Below, piece by piece: positions 17,887 to 27,795 of a DNA stretch of 64,000 bases. The notes beneath the pieces were generated by a model. The model was not told where the DNA came from and did not search any database. It saw only the letters and a list, made by a program, of their open reading frames with translations. This stretch comes from a virus (Duplodnaviria; Heunggongvirae; Uroviricota; Caudoviricetes), in IMG/VR virus record IMGVR_UViG_3300043399_000371, positions 36,285 through 100,284 of that record; one strand, 5' to 3'. The translations under genes and the position numbers were made by a program. The first letter of the stretch is position 1, and each line of letters opens with the position of its first letter.

Positions 17887-18512
17887 TATTGATTATCTGA
17901 TAAAAATTGCTTTAGCTTATTATATGTATTTTCATTATTATTAATCATTTCAATCATCATTTGCTTATTCTCTTCATCTAACTTCAGATATAATTCGAAT
18001 AATGAAGACACAACATCTCTTTCATCTGTTATTGTCTCTTCTGCTTGAATGTTGATTTTTGCAACTTCGTCATCTATAATGGGAACAGTAAAATATTTAT
18101 CTAATTTTTCATTGTGATAAACGGCAACTTTAATTTTTCCATTTATCATTCTTATGTTTTTTCTTTTTAATACGAGAACATAAGGTGCTTCTTCAACAGA
18201 TTCGTTTATCTCTGTTGTGTCTTCTTTTCGAAGATTTAAAGCTTGAATATATTTTTTATAATATTTTGTGAAAAGATCTATAGTTCTATCTTTATCTTGT
18301 TCAGCATCATTAGAACCAACATCCGGACCAGAAATACCTATTGGGGATGGGGCTTTCTTGCCCACCTGAATTCTTCTTGCTCGGACAGTTCGGTAGACAG
18401 GACGACCTTCTGAATCTATATCAGGAACTTGTTTAGAGTCACTTCCATAGACATATCTACCTTCACCTTGCACTTCATTAAGTTGTGTCTTTATTTGGTC
18501 TAATGTTTTCAT
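17886..18512 (-). CDS. hypothetical protein in the prohead operon
   Basis: 208-aa ORF with TAATG coupling to gp68; PYVLVLKRK...VAVYHNEKLDKYFTVP core. Confidence 0.75.
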   Translation of the reverse strand: MKTLDQIKTQLNEVQGEGRYVYGSDSKQVPDIDSEGRPVYRTVRARRIQVGKKAPSPIGISGPDVGSNDAEQDKDRTIDLFTKYYKKYIQALNLRKEDTTEINESVEEAPYVLVLKRKNIRMINGKIKVAVYHNEKLDKYFTVPIIDDEVAKINIQAEETITDERDVVSSLFELYLKLDEENKQMMIEMINNNENTYNKLKQFLSDNQ

Positions 18513-18515
18513 TGC

Positions 18516-18680
18516 TTATTCTGTTTCTGGAACTTCTTGTTTAAATAAGTTTTGTGCGACTTCTTTTTTTCTTGCATCTAAAGCATCTAAAGCAAAACTT
18601 GAAAGCAAATCATTTATCGCTTCCTTTGCTTGTGCTGCATCGCCTTGGGCAGCATATTTAATAATGTCTACTGAATTCAT
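18516..18680 (-). CDS. gp67: prohead core protein gp67-like (54 aa)
   Basis: Not in ORF track; translated by hand: MNSVDIIKYAAQGDAAQAKEAINDLLSSFALDALDARKKEVAQNLFKQEVPETE. Directly downstream of portal, GGGTG SD. Confidence 0.75.
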   Translation of the reverse strand: MNSVDIIKYAAQGDAAQAKEAINDLLSSFALDALDARKKEVAQNLFKQEVPETE

Positions 18681-18691
18681 AAAATCACCCT

Positions 18692-20356
18692 TTATCTTTT
18701 ATTTAGTAATGTAGAATATTTATTAACTTGAGAATCTAGCATAGGAGTTCTGGATTCCGTTTCCTGATTATCTTCAGAATTGTCTTCTGGAGGATACTCA
18801 TTTGGGTCAACTTGTTCCGGTTGTTGTTCTGCTGCTGCTTGATCCTGAGTTAATGATGTCACACCATTAGCTTCATCTTCTTGCATTTCTGCTTCTAGTT
18901 CTTCTATCTCTTGTTCATTTTGCTGAAGAACATATTTCTTGACCCATTTCATTGAATAGTATTTTCCGATGTATGGATCAATCATTCCTAATGAAGTCAA
19001 TCTTTCTCTCAACAATTCTGCATCACGAAGTTCTGTGAAGTTGTTATCTTTCTTATAATCGTAGTAGATCGATTCTTTGAAATCTTCCCACTCTTCTCTT
19101 GTGCAAACACCCTTAAGCGCAAGTTGAATACCTAGTGCTTGGTCGAATATTTGGGAGAATTTGATTCTCAATCTTTGAATAAACTTTGAGAACTTAACTT
19201 CGTCTCTAGTTACTTCTGTTGATCTACCAACACCAATCATTCCACCATCAGTTGGTTCTAGTCTTGAGATTGGAACGTTTAGTGAATTCAATAGTTTCTT
19301 TCTGAAATAAACAACGTCTTCGATTTCACCAAGATTCTGTCCTGCTGGTAATGTTGTGATTTCTGTGCCCTTACCACCTTCTCTTCGTGGTAGCCAGAAA
19401 TCTTCTAGCATTGAGAGGTGTTTACGATCATCTCTTAGTTCACCTGTTGATGCGTCATATACCATTTTGTTACGATACTTAATCATAACGTCACGTAGAT
19501 ATTGTTCGGCTTTACCTTTTGGAAGATTACCAACGTCGATGTAGAATATTCTTCTTTCTGGTGCGCGAGAAAGCCTATAGATAACGACTGCATCCTCAAT
19601 CATTCTAAGTTGATTGAGAGGTTTAATTGCTTTGTGTAGGTAAGAGATAACGAATGTGTTCTTAGCATCCATCAAACCAGAGTTGACATTGATGATGGAA
19701 TCTGGTGAAATACGTACACCTTGATTCACGCTTGCTGTGTATGTCTGTGTGGTTGTACCTCTTTCGGTATACACATAATACTCAGCAATAGATTTGATAA
19801 TCATTGCTCCAGTTTTTGCGTCTTTTTCTCTATTGATCTCACGAACTTTTCTAATCTTTCGTGGATCAATATATCTTAATTCTTTGATACCTTCTTTTGG
19901 ATTAGCTTCGTCAACAACTATTTGATAAAAAATTCTACCATCGATATACCATCTTTTGAAAAGGTCATCTGCTAGAGTTTTGAAGTTCAACATTTTCTGA
20001 ACATTTTCGAACTCTTCAATGATTTTCTTTTTGATTGTTTCTGGTTGTTTTAGTTTATCAAGATTAATGTCTACAATTTTACCAAACTCATCTCTAGTAA
20101 TTGCTTCATTGACAATCTCATCGATAGCCATTTCCAATTCTGGATGGTTTGCCATTTCACGATAACGTGTTATCAGTTCTAGTTCATTTCGAACAGAACC
20201 TTCTAGATCGACGTATGTGCCATAATACGCATTAGATGTGATAGTAACTGCACCATCATCCAATGCTTCTGTTGGTAAAGTGAATACTGGTTGAGATGGT
20301 TTTTGGGTATCAACAATACCTTCTCTACCAATAGTAAAACCGAATAGTTTAATCAT
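18692..20356 (-). CDS. gp20: portal protein
   Basis: LITRYREMANHPE, RWYIDGRIFY, IDPRKIRK, LRMIEDAVVIYRLSRAPERRIFYIDVGNLPK, EDFWLPRREGGKGTEITTLP. Confidence 0.98.
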   Translation of the reverse strand: MIKLFGFTIGREGIVDTQKPSQPVFTLPTEALDDGAVTITSNAYYGTYVDLEGSVRNELELITRYREMANHPELEMAIDEIVNEAITRDEFGKIVDINLDKLKQPETIKKKIIEEFENVQKMLNFKTLADDLFKRWYIDGRIFYQIVVDEANPKEGIKELRYIDPRKIRKVREINREKDAKTGAMIIKSIAEYYVYTERGTTTQTYTASVNQGVRISPDSIINVNSGLMDAKNTFVISYLHKAIKPLNQLRMIEDAVVIYRLSRAPERRIFYIDVGNLPKGKAEQYLRDVMIKYRNKMVYDASTGELRDDRKHLSMLEDFWLPRREGGKGTEITTLPAGQNLGEIEDVVYFRKKLLNSLNVPISRLEPTDGGMIGVGRSTEVTRDEVKFSKFIQRLRIKFSQIFDQALGIQLALKGVCTREEWEDFKESIYYDYKKDNNFTELRDAELLRERLTSLGMIDPYIGKYYSMKWVKKYVLQQNEQEIEELEAEMQEDEANGVTSLTQDQAAAEQQPEQVDPNEYPPEDNSEDNQETESRTPMLDSQVNKYSTLLNKR

Positions 20357-20998
20357 TTATAAATATCTCCACTCACCATTTTGTTGTAGCCTATCCCATA
20401 TCATTTTATAAGTATATCCTTCTATTTGTTTTGCAGCATCTTTTATACTTCCATACACACCAAAAGGAGTTATGATACTTTTTGAATTGTTGTTTTTGCT
20501 CCCGGTTTGATTAACATGACCACGCTTTCCTCGCATATTATTTTTATGTTCTTCTGTTTTGGGAACACCTTTCAATTTTTCTTTTGCTGCTCTTGCTGCT
20601 AATGATTGTATTATTTTTATATATTTTTCTATATGATCAAGATGTTTTTTTCTACTTATTGGATTTCTCTGGCCCAATTTTGTTTTTTCGCCATGAAGCT
20701 TTTTATCGATAACTGTATTGCCGCCTTGTCCCTCTTCATTACACAAATTAGCCCATTCTTTTGAATTAATAACATCATACTTTAAAGAGTATTCTAAAGC
20801 AACTTTTTTAAATTCATTCTTATCTTCTGTCATAAAAACACATTCTGTTTTGATATGTTTTCCATGTTTTTTTAAATGCAATTTCCAATATGTACCAGAT
20901 CCAGAATATCGTTCACAGTCTGAAAATGATTGTGCTTCGTGTTTACACAGATATTTTAAACCTGTTTTTTCGTGAGTTTTTATTAAAAGATATACCAT
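20357..20998 (-). mobile_element. free-standing Seg-like GIY-YIG homing endonuclease
   Basis: VYLLIKTHEKTGLKYLCK...YSGSGTYW..HLKKHG, WANL..EEGQGG; NUMOD3-like (KGVPKTEEHK) and NUMOD1-like (TPFGVYGSIKDAAK) tail. Between genes 19 and 20. Confidence 0.85.
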
Positions 20999-21010
20999 AT
21001 ATAAAAATAT

Positions 21011-21044
21011 TAAAAGAGGGAAAAACTTCCCTCTTTTATTTATT
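21011..21044 (-). terminator. hairpin terminator after gene 19 with overlapping late-promoter-like AATAAATA
   Basis: Perfect 12-bp stem 21011-21022/21027-21038 ending in a T-rich tract; AATAAATA at 21044-21037. Confidence 0.75.
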
Positions 21045-21585
21045 GTACTCCGTCCTCGACGGCTTCCCACCATTGATATGCTAAAGTAACGCTAAATTCT
21101 TCGATTTGATCATTTGCGCCCCAATCAACATCTATTGCACTAACATCTACAGGGAACATACCTATGAATTTATATTTCTTTAGAATATTTCCTGTTTTAC
21201 CATATTGATAAACATCGCTGTCTACTGTATAGTTTAGTGGTGATAGTGCTGCTGGATTACGTAAGTTTGTTACGTGAGTATTGATACCGACCAACCATCT
21301 TTCGAATGCGTTTCTGATTAAGAAGTCTTCGTCATTCATAATGGTGATTGTCCAGTTATCAAATGTACGATTACCAGCAAACTTTAGTTCACGACCAAAA
21401 TAATTTGCAGTAGCTATACCGATAGATGAACCGGGTAATTGTGCTGTCTTGCATAGGAATGTAGTTTTTACCTGTGCGTTTCCGGGTGCGGAAAACGATG
21501 GGAACGGTAAAGAAACTTCAAACAAATTAGGACGGGCACCATCACCAACCATCTGTGATCGAAACTCGTTTACATTAAAAGCCAT
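21040..21585 (-). CDS. gp19: tail tube protein
   Basis: GDGARPNLFEV, FLCKTAQLPGS, GRELKFAGNRTFDNWTITIMNDEDF, FSVTLAYQWW. Confidence 0.96.
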   Translation of the reverse strand: MAFNVNEFRSQMVGDGARPNLFEVSLPFPSFSAPGNAQVKTTFLCKTAQLPGSSIGIATANYFGRELKFAGNRTFDNWTITIMNDEDFLIRNAFERWLVGINTHVTNLRNPAALSPLNYTVDSDVYQYGKTGNILKKYKFIGMFPVDVSAIDVDWGANDQIEEFSVTLAYQWWEAVEDGVQ

Positions 21586-21611
21586 TTAATTTCTCCTGTT
21601 ATTCTTTTATT

Positions 21612-21643
21612 TATGCGTCCACCAGTTATTTGATGGACGCATA
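21612..21643 (-). other. stem-loop between genes 18 and 19 (no U-tract)
   Basis: TATGCGTCCA...TGGACGCATA perfect 10-bp IR; its downstream end overlaps CATAAATA. Confidence 0.65.
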
Positions 21644-21652
21644 TTATTTTAA

Positions 21653-23587
21653 TTAGAATCTACCAACAACTTCTTCAAATGCAACACCAGTTCTAACGGC
21701 AACAAAATTCAACTGAATGAAGTTGATAGAACGTGCTGGTTTGATGTAGATATCCCCAACGAACTCATTTCGATCAATAACTTCTGGAGTGTTATTTGTT
21801 TCATCACAAACCACACGGAAGTCATAGATACCACGACGACCTTGTACATCACGTAGATATGGCTCAACTAACGCAACAAATTGGGCGCGTGTAAATTGAT
21901 CATTGAATTCGAATAAGGTAGAACGTGCTGCTCTTGCAATTGTTTTCTCAAGAACGATAAACAATCTACGAACATTGATTCTATCAAATGCTGATGGACG
22001 AGATAGAAGAGTCTTATCGCCATACAACATTGTTCCTTCTCCGGGGAAGGTTACAACAGGATTTATCCCTTTTAAGTATAGGTCATCTCGTTCAGCTTTA
22101 CTTGCGTTCCATGCAAGTTTGATGACATTCTTAATGATTCCTCTGTTTAGACCAGCAGGAGAGAACCAAGGGTCACGATCATTATCTGTTCTTGCAGCTA
22201 GACCAGCAATGTCACCGTTTAATGGAACCCATCTGTAAGTGTCATTGTACTTGTCATACTGATATTTCCAAGTTGAATCCATTACTGCATATGAAGTGCT
22301 TGTCAATGAATTTCTTGTTGTTAGTACATCATTCAATTCTTGTCCATAGTTATCAACAACATCGTTCTTTGCTGGTGAAACGAAAACGATACAATCTTTT
22401 CGTGATTCGACCATTGCGATAATTGATGTGCAAACTGTTGCATTTGCTGGACCTGACATTACTAGTGAGATATCAACACTTTCTGGATTTGCAAACTTAT
22501 CGTATGCTTGGATTAGTTCGCCATTAGTTACGGAACTTGCTGAGGTTCCACCTGATAGTGTGTAGTAAAGGTTGTAAGAACCATCTTCTGCAAATGTTCT
22601 GTTGGCACCCTCTTGACCCCAATTTGTTTCAATTGATGGGTGTACTAGATGCCATAGGTAGCTTGATCTGTTATTAATTACTTCTTTGTAGTAATTTGTA
22701 GATCCATCAGAATTCTTAGCATCAGAGGCTTTTGATACGAAACCAAACTTCTCGATGATTGTCTCTTTTGTTCCTGTGATTAGACCTAAACGATCATATA
22801 CAACAATATGCATTTCATCGCTTGAACCATTTCTTGAAGAAACGTAATCTGAAGTTGCTGGAACATCTGAGAAATCGTTGTAATATTTCCAACGTCTTAC
22901 GATTGATGAGTTTGCTGGTACTGTTGCGCTAAATCCTTCTGCGACAGTAATGACGTTACCAGATCCATTAACTGCTGTAACAGAAACGAAATCTGTTCCA
23001 ACTTCACCTGAAGCTGAATTTGCTAGAGCGATTAGATCGCCAACTTTAATGTAGCTTGAGACATTTCCAGCAGCAGTTATTGAAGTATTACCTTCTGCTG
23101 TTGATGTTGCTACAATAGCGTTTGCAGTTGCAGTTGCTACGTTCATCGACCAAGCATTTGCATTTGGGCAGATTGAGATACCAAGTGTGTTACCAAATGA
23201 ACCAGCATATTTAGCAGCAAATTCACCATAAACTTCTAGTGATGAACTGTTGTTTGAGAAATACTGTTCGTATTGATCTGTGTTCTTAATAAGAACTGCT
23301 GTGTTTGTTGTTGCATTTTTAAGTGCGTTGTTTGCTGCACGAACAACTCTTACATTGTTTGAGTAAGCCAAGAAGTTTGCTACAGTAAACCAATTCTCAT
23401 ATGTGTTTGCTGTTGGCTCACCGAAAACTTCTACTAGCTTATTCTCGTTCGAAATAGTAACGATTTCATCGACTGGACCCCAATCAAAATTTCCAGCAAA
23501 AGCACCGATAGAAGTTGAAAGCGAAGGAATAATAGTTGTCAGATCTGTTTCTGAAACATTTATCCCCGGTGATAGTTGAAATGCCAT
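21653..23587 (-). CDS. gp18: tail sheath protein
   Basis: MAFQLSPGINVSETD, WGPVDEI, DPWFSPAGLNRG, GDKTLLSRPSAFDRINVRRLF, IKPARSINFIQLNF. Confidence 0.98.
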   Translation of the reverse strand: MAFQLSPGINVSETDLTTIIPSLSTSIGAFAGNFDWGPVDEIVTISNENKLVEVFGEPTANTYENWFTVANFLAYSNNVRVVRAANNALKNATTNTAVLIKNTDQYEQYFSNNSSSLEVYGEFAAKYAGSFGNTLGISICPNANAWSMNVATATANAIVATSTAEGNTSITAAGNVSSYIKVGDLIALANSASGEVGTDFVSVTAVNGSGNVITVAEGFSATVPANSSIVRRWKYYNDFSDVPATSDYVSSRNGSSDEMHIVVYDRLGLITGTKETIIEKFGFVSKASDAKNSDGSTNYYKEVINNRSSYLWHLVHPSIETNWGQEGANRTFAEDGSYNLYYTLSGGTSASSVTNGELIQAYDKFANPESVDISLVMSGPANATVCTSIIAMVESRKDCIVFVSPAKNDVVDNYGQELNDVLTTRNSLTSTSYAVMDSTWKYQYDKYNDTYRWVPLNGDIAGLAARTDNDRDPWFSPAGLNRGIIKNVIKLAWNASKAERDDLYLKGINPVVTFPGEGTMLYGDKTLLSRPSAFDRINVRRLFIVLEKTIARAARSTLFEFNDQFTRAQFVALVEPYLRDVQGRRGIYDFRVVCDETNNTPEVIDRNEFVGDIYIKPARSINFIQLNFVAVRTGVAFEEVVGRF

Positions 23588-23648
23588 GATTTCTCCTTAT
23601 TATTAGGTATATTCTTATTTTATATTTAGTATTTTGGGTTTTTGTGAA

Positions 23649-25250
23649 TTACTTCCAATAATCGAAACCATCAAAATGTATTTCTTCTTGCATTCCGTCA
23701 TCAATGAAACCAACAGGAGAAATGTTTTCTTCAATCAATAAATTTTGCTCTTCCAACATAACTTTTCTGATGTCTATGTTAGTGGAGTCTTTGAAATAAG
23801 ACTGTGCTGTCAACCAAGAAAAAAGAACCAGACCCATCACAAGGTCATCATTATTACCTTCTTCTGCTGCATAAGAATCCCTGATCCTAACAAAAGTGTT
23901 CAACTCTGCAATAGTATCAAAATCTTTTATCAACAATTTATCGTTCTCAATTAATGTTTTCAAGTTTGCACAACCAATCTTTTTTACAGATTTTGTTGTT
24001 TTTACACCAATACTGATATTTCGTTTGAAACCAGATGAAATGGTTTGACCTTTAATATGGTGTTGTTCTAATTTATAGATGTTGTCATACTCTAGATCAT
24101 AGTGTAAAATATCAACAACTTGCTGCCCAATATTATTTGTCTCAACAAGAACAAATGCCTCATTGTATTTCATGGCAACATTGAATATTATGGTTGGGAA
24201 AAATAGAAGTGGGAGATTGTTACTTCTATATTTTGCAACCTGTTTATATGGTATCTGTGTGACATCAATAACATTAATTGTTGAGTAGTCTGCCCCAACA
24301 CCCTCTGAACAGTCTACAGTACAGATATACAAATGCCCCTTGATTGGTTGTTCGTATATGTCGAGATTATCCGCAGAATATTCTGGGTTATTAAATGCCA
24401 ATGACCTAAGTTTTGCACCAGACACAAGAGTTGCAGATGAACCAATGAATTCGCCTTCAATCTCCTGTCTCCAAGATTCTTCTCCGTTATTTCGAATGAA
24501 TTCTTGTTTCCACTTTTCATCTCTACCGGGAACCATATCCCAACGAATTTCATATGGCACATAAGTAGATCTTTTCTCAATAGCATCCATCCACATTTTG
24601 TAAAATAGATTCAATCCATTTGGTGTGGAAATGATTACTACTTTGGAGGTTTGACCTGATGAAATTACTGGATATGTTGACTGGAAGAATTCGTATGCTA
24701 TACTGTTTTGAACGAATGCGAACTCGTCAAGGATTACACAGTTGAATGTTCCGCCTCGGACACCTGATGCTGATGTGGCATAAGCATAAATCTTGGATTT
24801 GTTTTCAAGTTCTATGTTACCACGGTTCCATTGAATGATACCTTGTTGTAACCACTTTGGAAGACCTTCATAAGAATATTTTATACGATCAAGAATCTCT
24901 CTTGCTAGTGAACCTTTGTTTGCAAGAATAGCTATCGAATAGTTTTCTTGAAATAGTACGCACCAAAGAGCATATGCTGCTGTGGTAGTTGTTTTACCAA
25001 CCTGTCTTGAAAGTTTAGCAATAGAGAATCTATTGTTGTGAATTACATCAATCAATTCTTCCTGAAAAGGCCACATCTCAAAAGGAACAAGACCTTTATC
25101 TACGTTTACGATCTTGATGTAATTCTTGATGAAGTAGATAGGATCATTCATGCACTTTATCAGTTCATGTGTCTGTTCCTCGGTGTAGACTACTTCTTCT
25201 CCGACCCTTTTTAAATTTTGATTACCTAAGTATCCTTTATCGTCACTCAT
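23649..25250 (-). CDS. gp17: terminase large subunit
   Basis: YLGNQNLK, LSRQVGKTT, ILDEFAF, VIISTPNG, DCSEGVGADYS, NDDLVM. Confidence 0.97.
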   Translation of the reverse strand: MSDDKGYLGNQNLKRVGEEVVYTEEQTHELIKCMNDPIYFIKNYIKIVNVDKGLVPFEMWPFQEELIDVIHNNRFSIAKLSRQVGKTTTTAAYALWCVLFQENYSIAILANKGSLAREILDRIKYSYEGLPKWLQQGIIQWNRGNIELENKSKIYAYATSASGVRGGTFNCVILDEFAFVQNSIAYEFFQSTYPVISSGQTSKVVIISTPNGLNLFYKMWMDAIEKRSTYVPYEIRWDMVPGRDEKWKQEFIRNNGEESWRQEIEGEFIGSSATLVSGAKLRSLAFNNPEYSADNLDIYEQPIKGHLYICTVDCSEGVGADYSTINVIDVTQIPYKQVAKYRSNNLPLLFFPTIIFNVAMKYNEAFVLVETNNIGQQVVDILHYDLEYDNIYKLEQHHIKGQTISSGFKRNISIGVKTTKSVKKIGCANLKTLIENDKLLIKDFDTIAELNTFVRIRDSYAAEEGNNDDLVMGLVLFSWLTAQSYFKDSTNIDIRKVMLEEQNLLIEENISPVGFIDDGMQEEIHFDGFDYWK

Positions 25251-25687
25251 TATTTCTTACTAAAGCTTCTCAACATCCAACCATGTTTTTCGTGGGCATC
25301 AATTCTTCCTGTTAGAAAATCTTGTAGACCAAACTTTTCATATTTCTCTGCTAACTTTGATGCAAGAATTAGTGTTTCTAATACTTTTTTATTATCTTCG
25401 GTCAATCTTTTAATCATAGACATTGCATCTGGAACATTTGTTTCATCTTCAATGTCTGTAAGTTCACCGAAACGCTTAAATGATCCGGGTGCATATGTAT
25501 CTAGTGTTCTAATTTCTTCGGCAATAAGATCAACTGAAGCATGAAGTTCTTCATACAATCCTTTAAAGAATGCATGATATTCTGTGAAATTTGGTCCTTC
25601 AACATTCCAATGATAGTTATGTGATTTTAGATAAAGAGCAAACGTATCTGCCAGTACCTTTTTCATTAATTCTTGTAAGGTTTCCAT
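25250..25687 (-). CDS. dps: Dps/ferritin-like DNA-protection protein
   Basis: LYLKSHNYHWNVEGPNF..YHAFF..LYEE...DLIAEEIRTL, HEKHGWML; 145 aa; 1-nt stop/start overlaps with genes 16 and 17. Confidence 0.88.
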   Translation of the reverse strand: METLQELMKKVLADTFALYLKSHNYHWNVEGPNFTEYHAFFKGLYEELHASVDLIAEEIRTLDTYAPGSFKRFGELTDIEDETNVPDAMSMIKRLTEDNKKVLETLILASKLAEKYEKFGLQDFLTGRIDAHEKHGWMLRSFSKK

Positions 25688-26124
25688 TATACATCTTCCT
25701 TATTTTGTTGTTTTATTAATTTAATTAATTCTGCTGTAGATCCTGTAAATACAACTGCTTTATCAACATTTATATTTTGCTGCTTTCCATAATCTTTAGG
25801 TGATAGTTCTTTCTTTCTTTTTTGTATCTCCAAAAGATCTTTATTCATTTCAGCGACACTCTTCATCAAACCAGCAATAACCTCATATGCTCTTGCTGTT
25901 TCCGCTTCTTTTGCCAAAATCAATAATTGGTCCAAGGCAGTATTACCCTTTTCTATAAGAGATTTTAAGTTTGTTCTAGCATATTCAGTATCTGCATCAA
26001 CAACAGTATTGTGTTGTGGTTCCTCATCAACTTCTTGGTTGGTGGCGACTATGTTGGTTTGTGGAGTCTCATTTATTGGTTGGATGTCCAATATTGTAGA
26101 AAGGTTTTCATTAATATTTTTCAT
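25687..26124 (-). CDS. gp16: terminase small subunit
   Basis: DTEYARTNL, ARAYEV.AGLMK, VFTGSTAEL. Confidence 0.9.
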   Translation of the reverse strand: MKNINENLSTILDIQPINETPQTNIVATNQEVDEEPQHNTVVDADTEYARTNLKSLIEKGNTALDQLLILAKEAETARAYEVIAGLMKSVAEMNKDLLEIQKRKKELSPKDYGKQQNINVDKAVVFTGSTAELIKLIKQQNKEDV

Positions 26125-26127
26125 ATT

Positions 26128-26907
26128 TTATGTGAAATGATATGTTATGGTTTCAGTAAATCCAAAGTCATCATCCGGATTCGCATCTATTGGATCAGGT
26201 GTTGTTGTTATGGTTACAACTGGTTGATCTGTCTGAACATTCATAGTTTCTATATTTGAAGTATGAATGTTTGTATTTGCTTTTCGAATAATATTGTTCG
26301 AACCATTCTTAGTTGGGGGCCAGATATATCCTTTGGCAGTAAATGAAAGATCCCAGACTATTAATCGCGTTCCTTCTGCTGTTGCACCTTCATAGTCAGT
26401 TGTTGTTTCTACCGAATTTAGTATGATCGGTATATCATACTTATGATCCATCTCTGGTATAAAATCAACAGTTGGTGTAAAATCTGGAGTGAAGAATGGT
26501 AATATTTGTTCTAATATTTGTGCGCCATCTTCGGTGTTTCTAACAAACACCGAAAGACCAAATTCAAAGTTATATGGAATTGGAACGTACTGAATATTTG
26601 TTATGCCACTATTAGTTGCATAATTCATCAAAGTTGTTATTTGTTTTCTTGTGGCATCATATGCCATACTCTTCAATTGAAAAGATATTCTTGGTACATA
26701 AATGGAAATAGATTTAGTCAAATTCGGATCTGACTGAATCCTATTAATGTACTTTTCCTTAGGACCATATATTAATGGAACTTTTACTCTTTCTTTTTCT
26801 GTACCATCTTTTGTGAATCGTATTAACTGAATATCATTAAACAATGTTCCAAATGTTACAACAACCTTTCTGATCGATCTGTGATAAAAATGAGGATTTC
26901 CTAACAT
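26128..26907 (-). CDS. gp15: tail sheath stabiliser / tail terminator
   Basis: FYHRSIRK.VVTFGTLFNDI, VPLIYGPKEK, PRISF, QILEQILPFFTP, IVWDLSFTAKGYIW. Confidence 0.95.
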   Translation of the reverse strand: MLGNPHFYHRSIRKVVVTFGTLFNDIQLIRFTKDGTEKERVKVPLIYGPKEKYINRIQSDPNLTKSISIYVPRISFQLKSMAYDATRKQITTLMNYATNSGITNIQYVPIPYNFEFGLSVFVRNTEDGAQILEQILPFFTPDFTPTVDFIPEMDHKYDIPIILNSVETTTDYEGATAEGTRLIVWDLSFTAKGYIWPPTKNGSNNIIRKANTNIHTSNIETMNVQTDQPVVTITTTPDPIDANPDDDFGFTETITYHFT

Positions 26908-27788
26908 TATGCTTCTCCAAATGGATTCTTCTCAGTCCAATCTAAAATCAAATCAGATTCTGTTTCTATTCTATTGTTGTCGATAATATCTTCGAATGCG
27001 TTATCCATTATTACAGTATCGGAAGAGAATGTCACATTAGCAACAGCGCCGGAATTTCTGCCGATTATGGTTCCTGTTTGGAATTCCCCGATAGTTCTAT
27101 ACACATCAACATGGGAACTTGGTGAGAAGTCATAAACAACTGCTTCTGCTGTTCTTGTTTCATAGGTGTTTCCTTGATAAACAGTTTCGTCATTCAAGAA
27201 TCTACCTGAAACATTGTCTAATGATATCCTTGTTCTTGGATATTCGTCTCTTATTTGCTCGTCTATTTCTAGTATCCCTGTCTGTATAATTTCGTTTGAG
27301 AATACGAATTGTTTAAGTTTCAATGCATAAACATAAACATTCCCGCCTCTACCTCTACCTAAGGTGTAGAACATCGCTTGATTGTTTTCATGCTCAACGA
27401 ATGTTATTTCGAAAAAGTTTTGTACTAGGGGAACATATATTAGATCCCCTTCGTTTGGTCTAATTTGTGGAATGGTGAAAGCAAATCTTCTTCGTGATAC
27501 TAATAAAGTTATTTCGTCACGAATTTCAAGACCAAATTTAGAAATGAAGTCGCCCTCACCTTCCATACCAGTAACATCTTCCAAATACATCTCTATTGGA
27601 TATGCATTTACATATTGTTTTAATGGATCTTCACCATAAAGCAGATCAACAGAATCTCTTGTTGATCGTGGCATATAAAACACATCCATCCCGTGTATCT
27701 TAAGGGATTCTATCACCAGATCTTCTACTAGAAGTTGTTCTGGTGTTATGTGTTTCGGAAAGTTGTTCCAGTATAAATTGGTTGGCAT
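26907..27788 (-). CDS. gp14: neck protein
   Basis: EDLVIESLKIHGMDVFYMPR, YPIEMY, SKFGLEIRDE, RPNEGDLIY, NPFG. Confidence 0.95.
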   Translation of the reverse strand: MPTNLYWNNFPKHITPEQLLVEDLVIESLKIHGMDVFYMPRSTRDSVDLLYGEDPLKQYVNAYPIEMYLEDVTGMEGEGDFISKFGLEIRDEITLLVSRRRFAFTIPQIRPNEGDLIYVPLVQNFFEITFVEHENNQAMFYTLGRGRGGNVYVYALKLKQFVFSNEIIQTGILEIDEQIRDEYPRTRISLDNVSGRFLNDETVYQGNTYETRTAEAVVYDFSPSSHVDVYRTIGEFQTGTIIGRNSGAVANVTFSSDTVIMDNAFEDIIDNNRIETESDLILDWTEKNPFGEA

Positions 27789-27795
27789 TTATAAA

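Noticed and set aside
20999-21073. Extended N-terminus (MVGSRRG...) of the endonuclease ORF
   Set aside because: It overlaps the gene 19 end and terminator; the domain starts at MVYLL (20998).
6962-25250. Introns or inteins in gp46, UvsW, gp20, gp18 and gp17
   Set aside because: All are continuous ORFs of normal length with no splice-junction or intein motifs seen.
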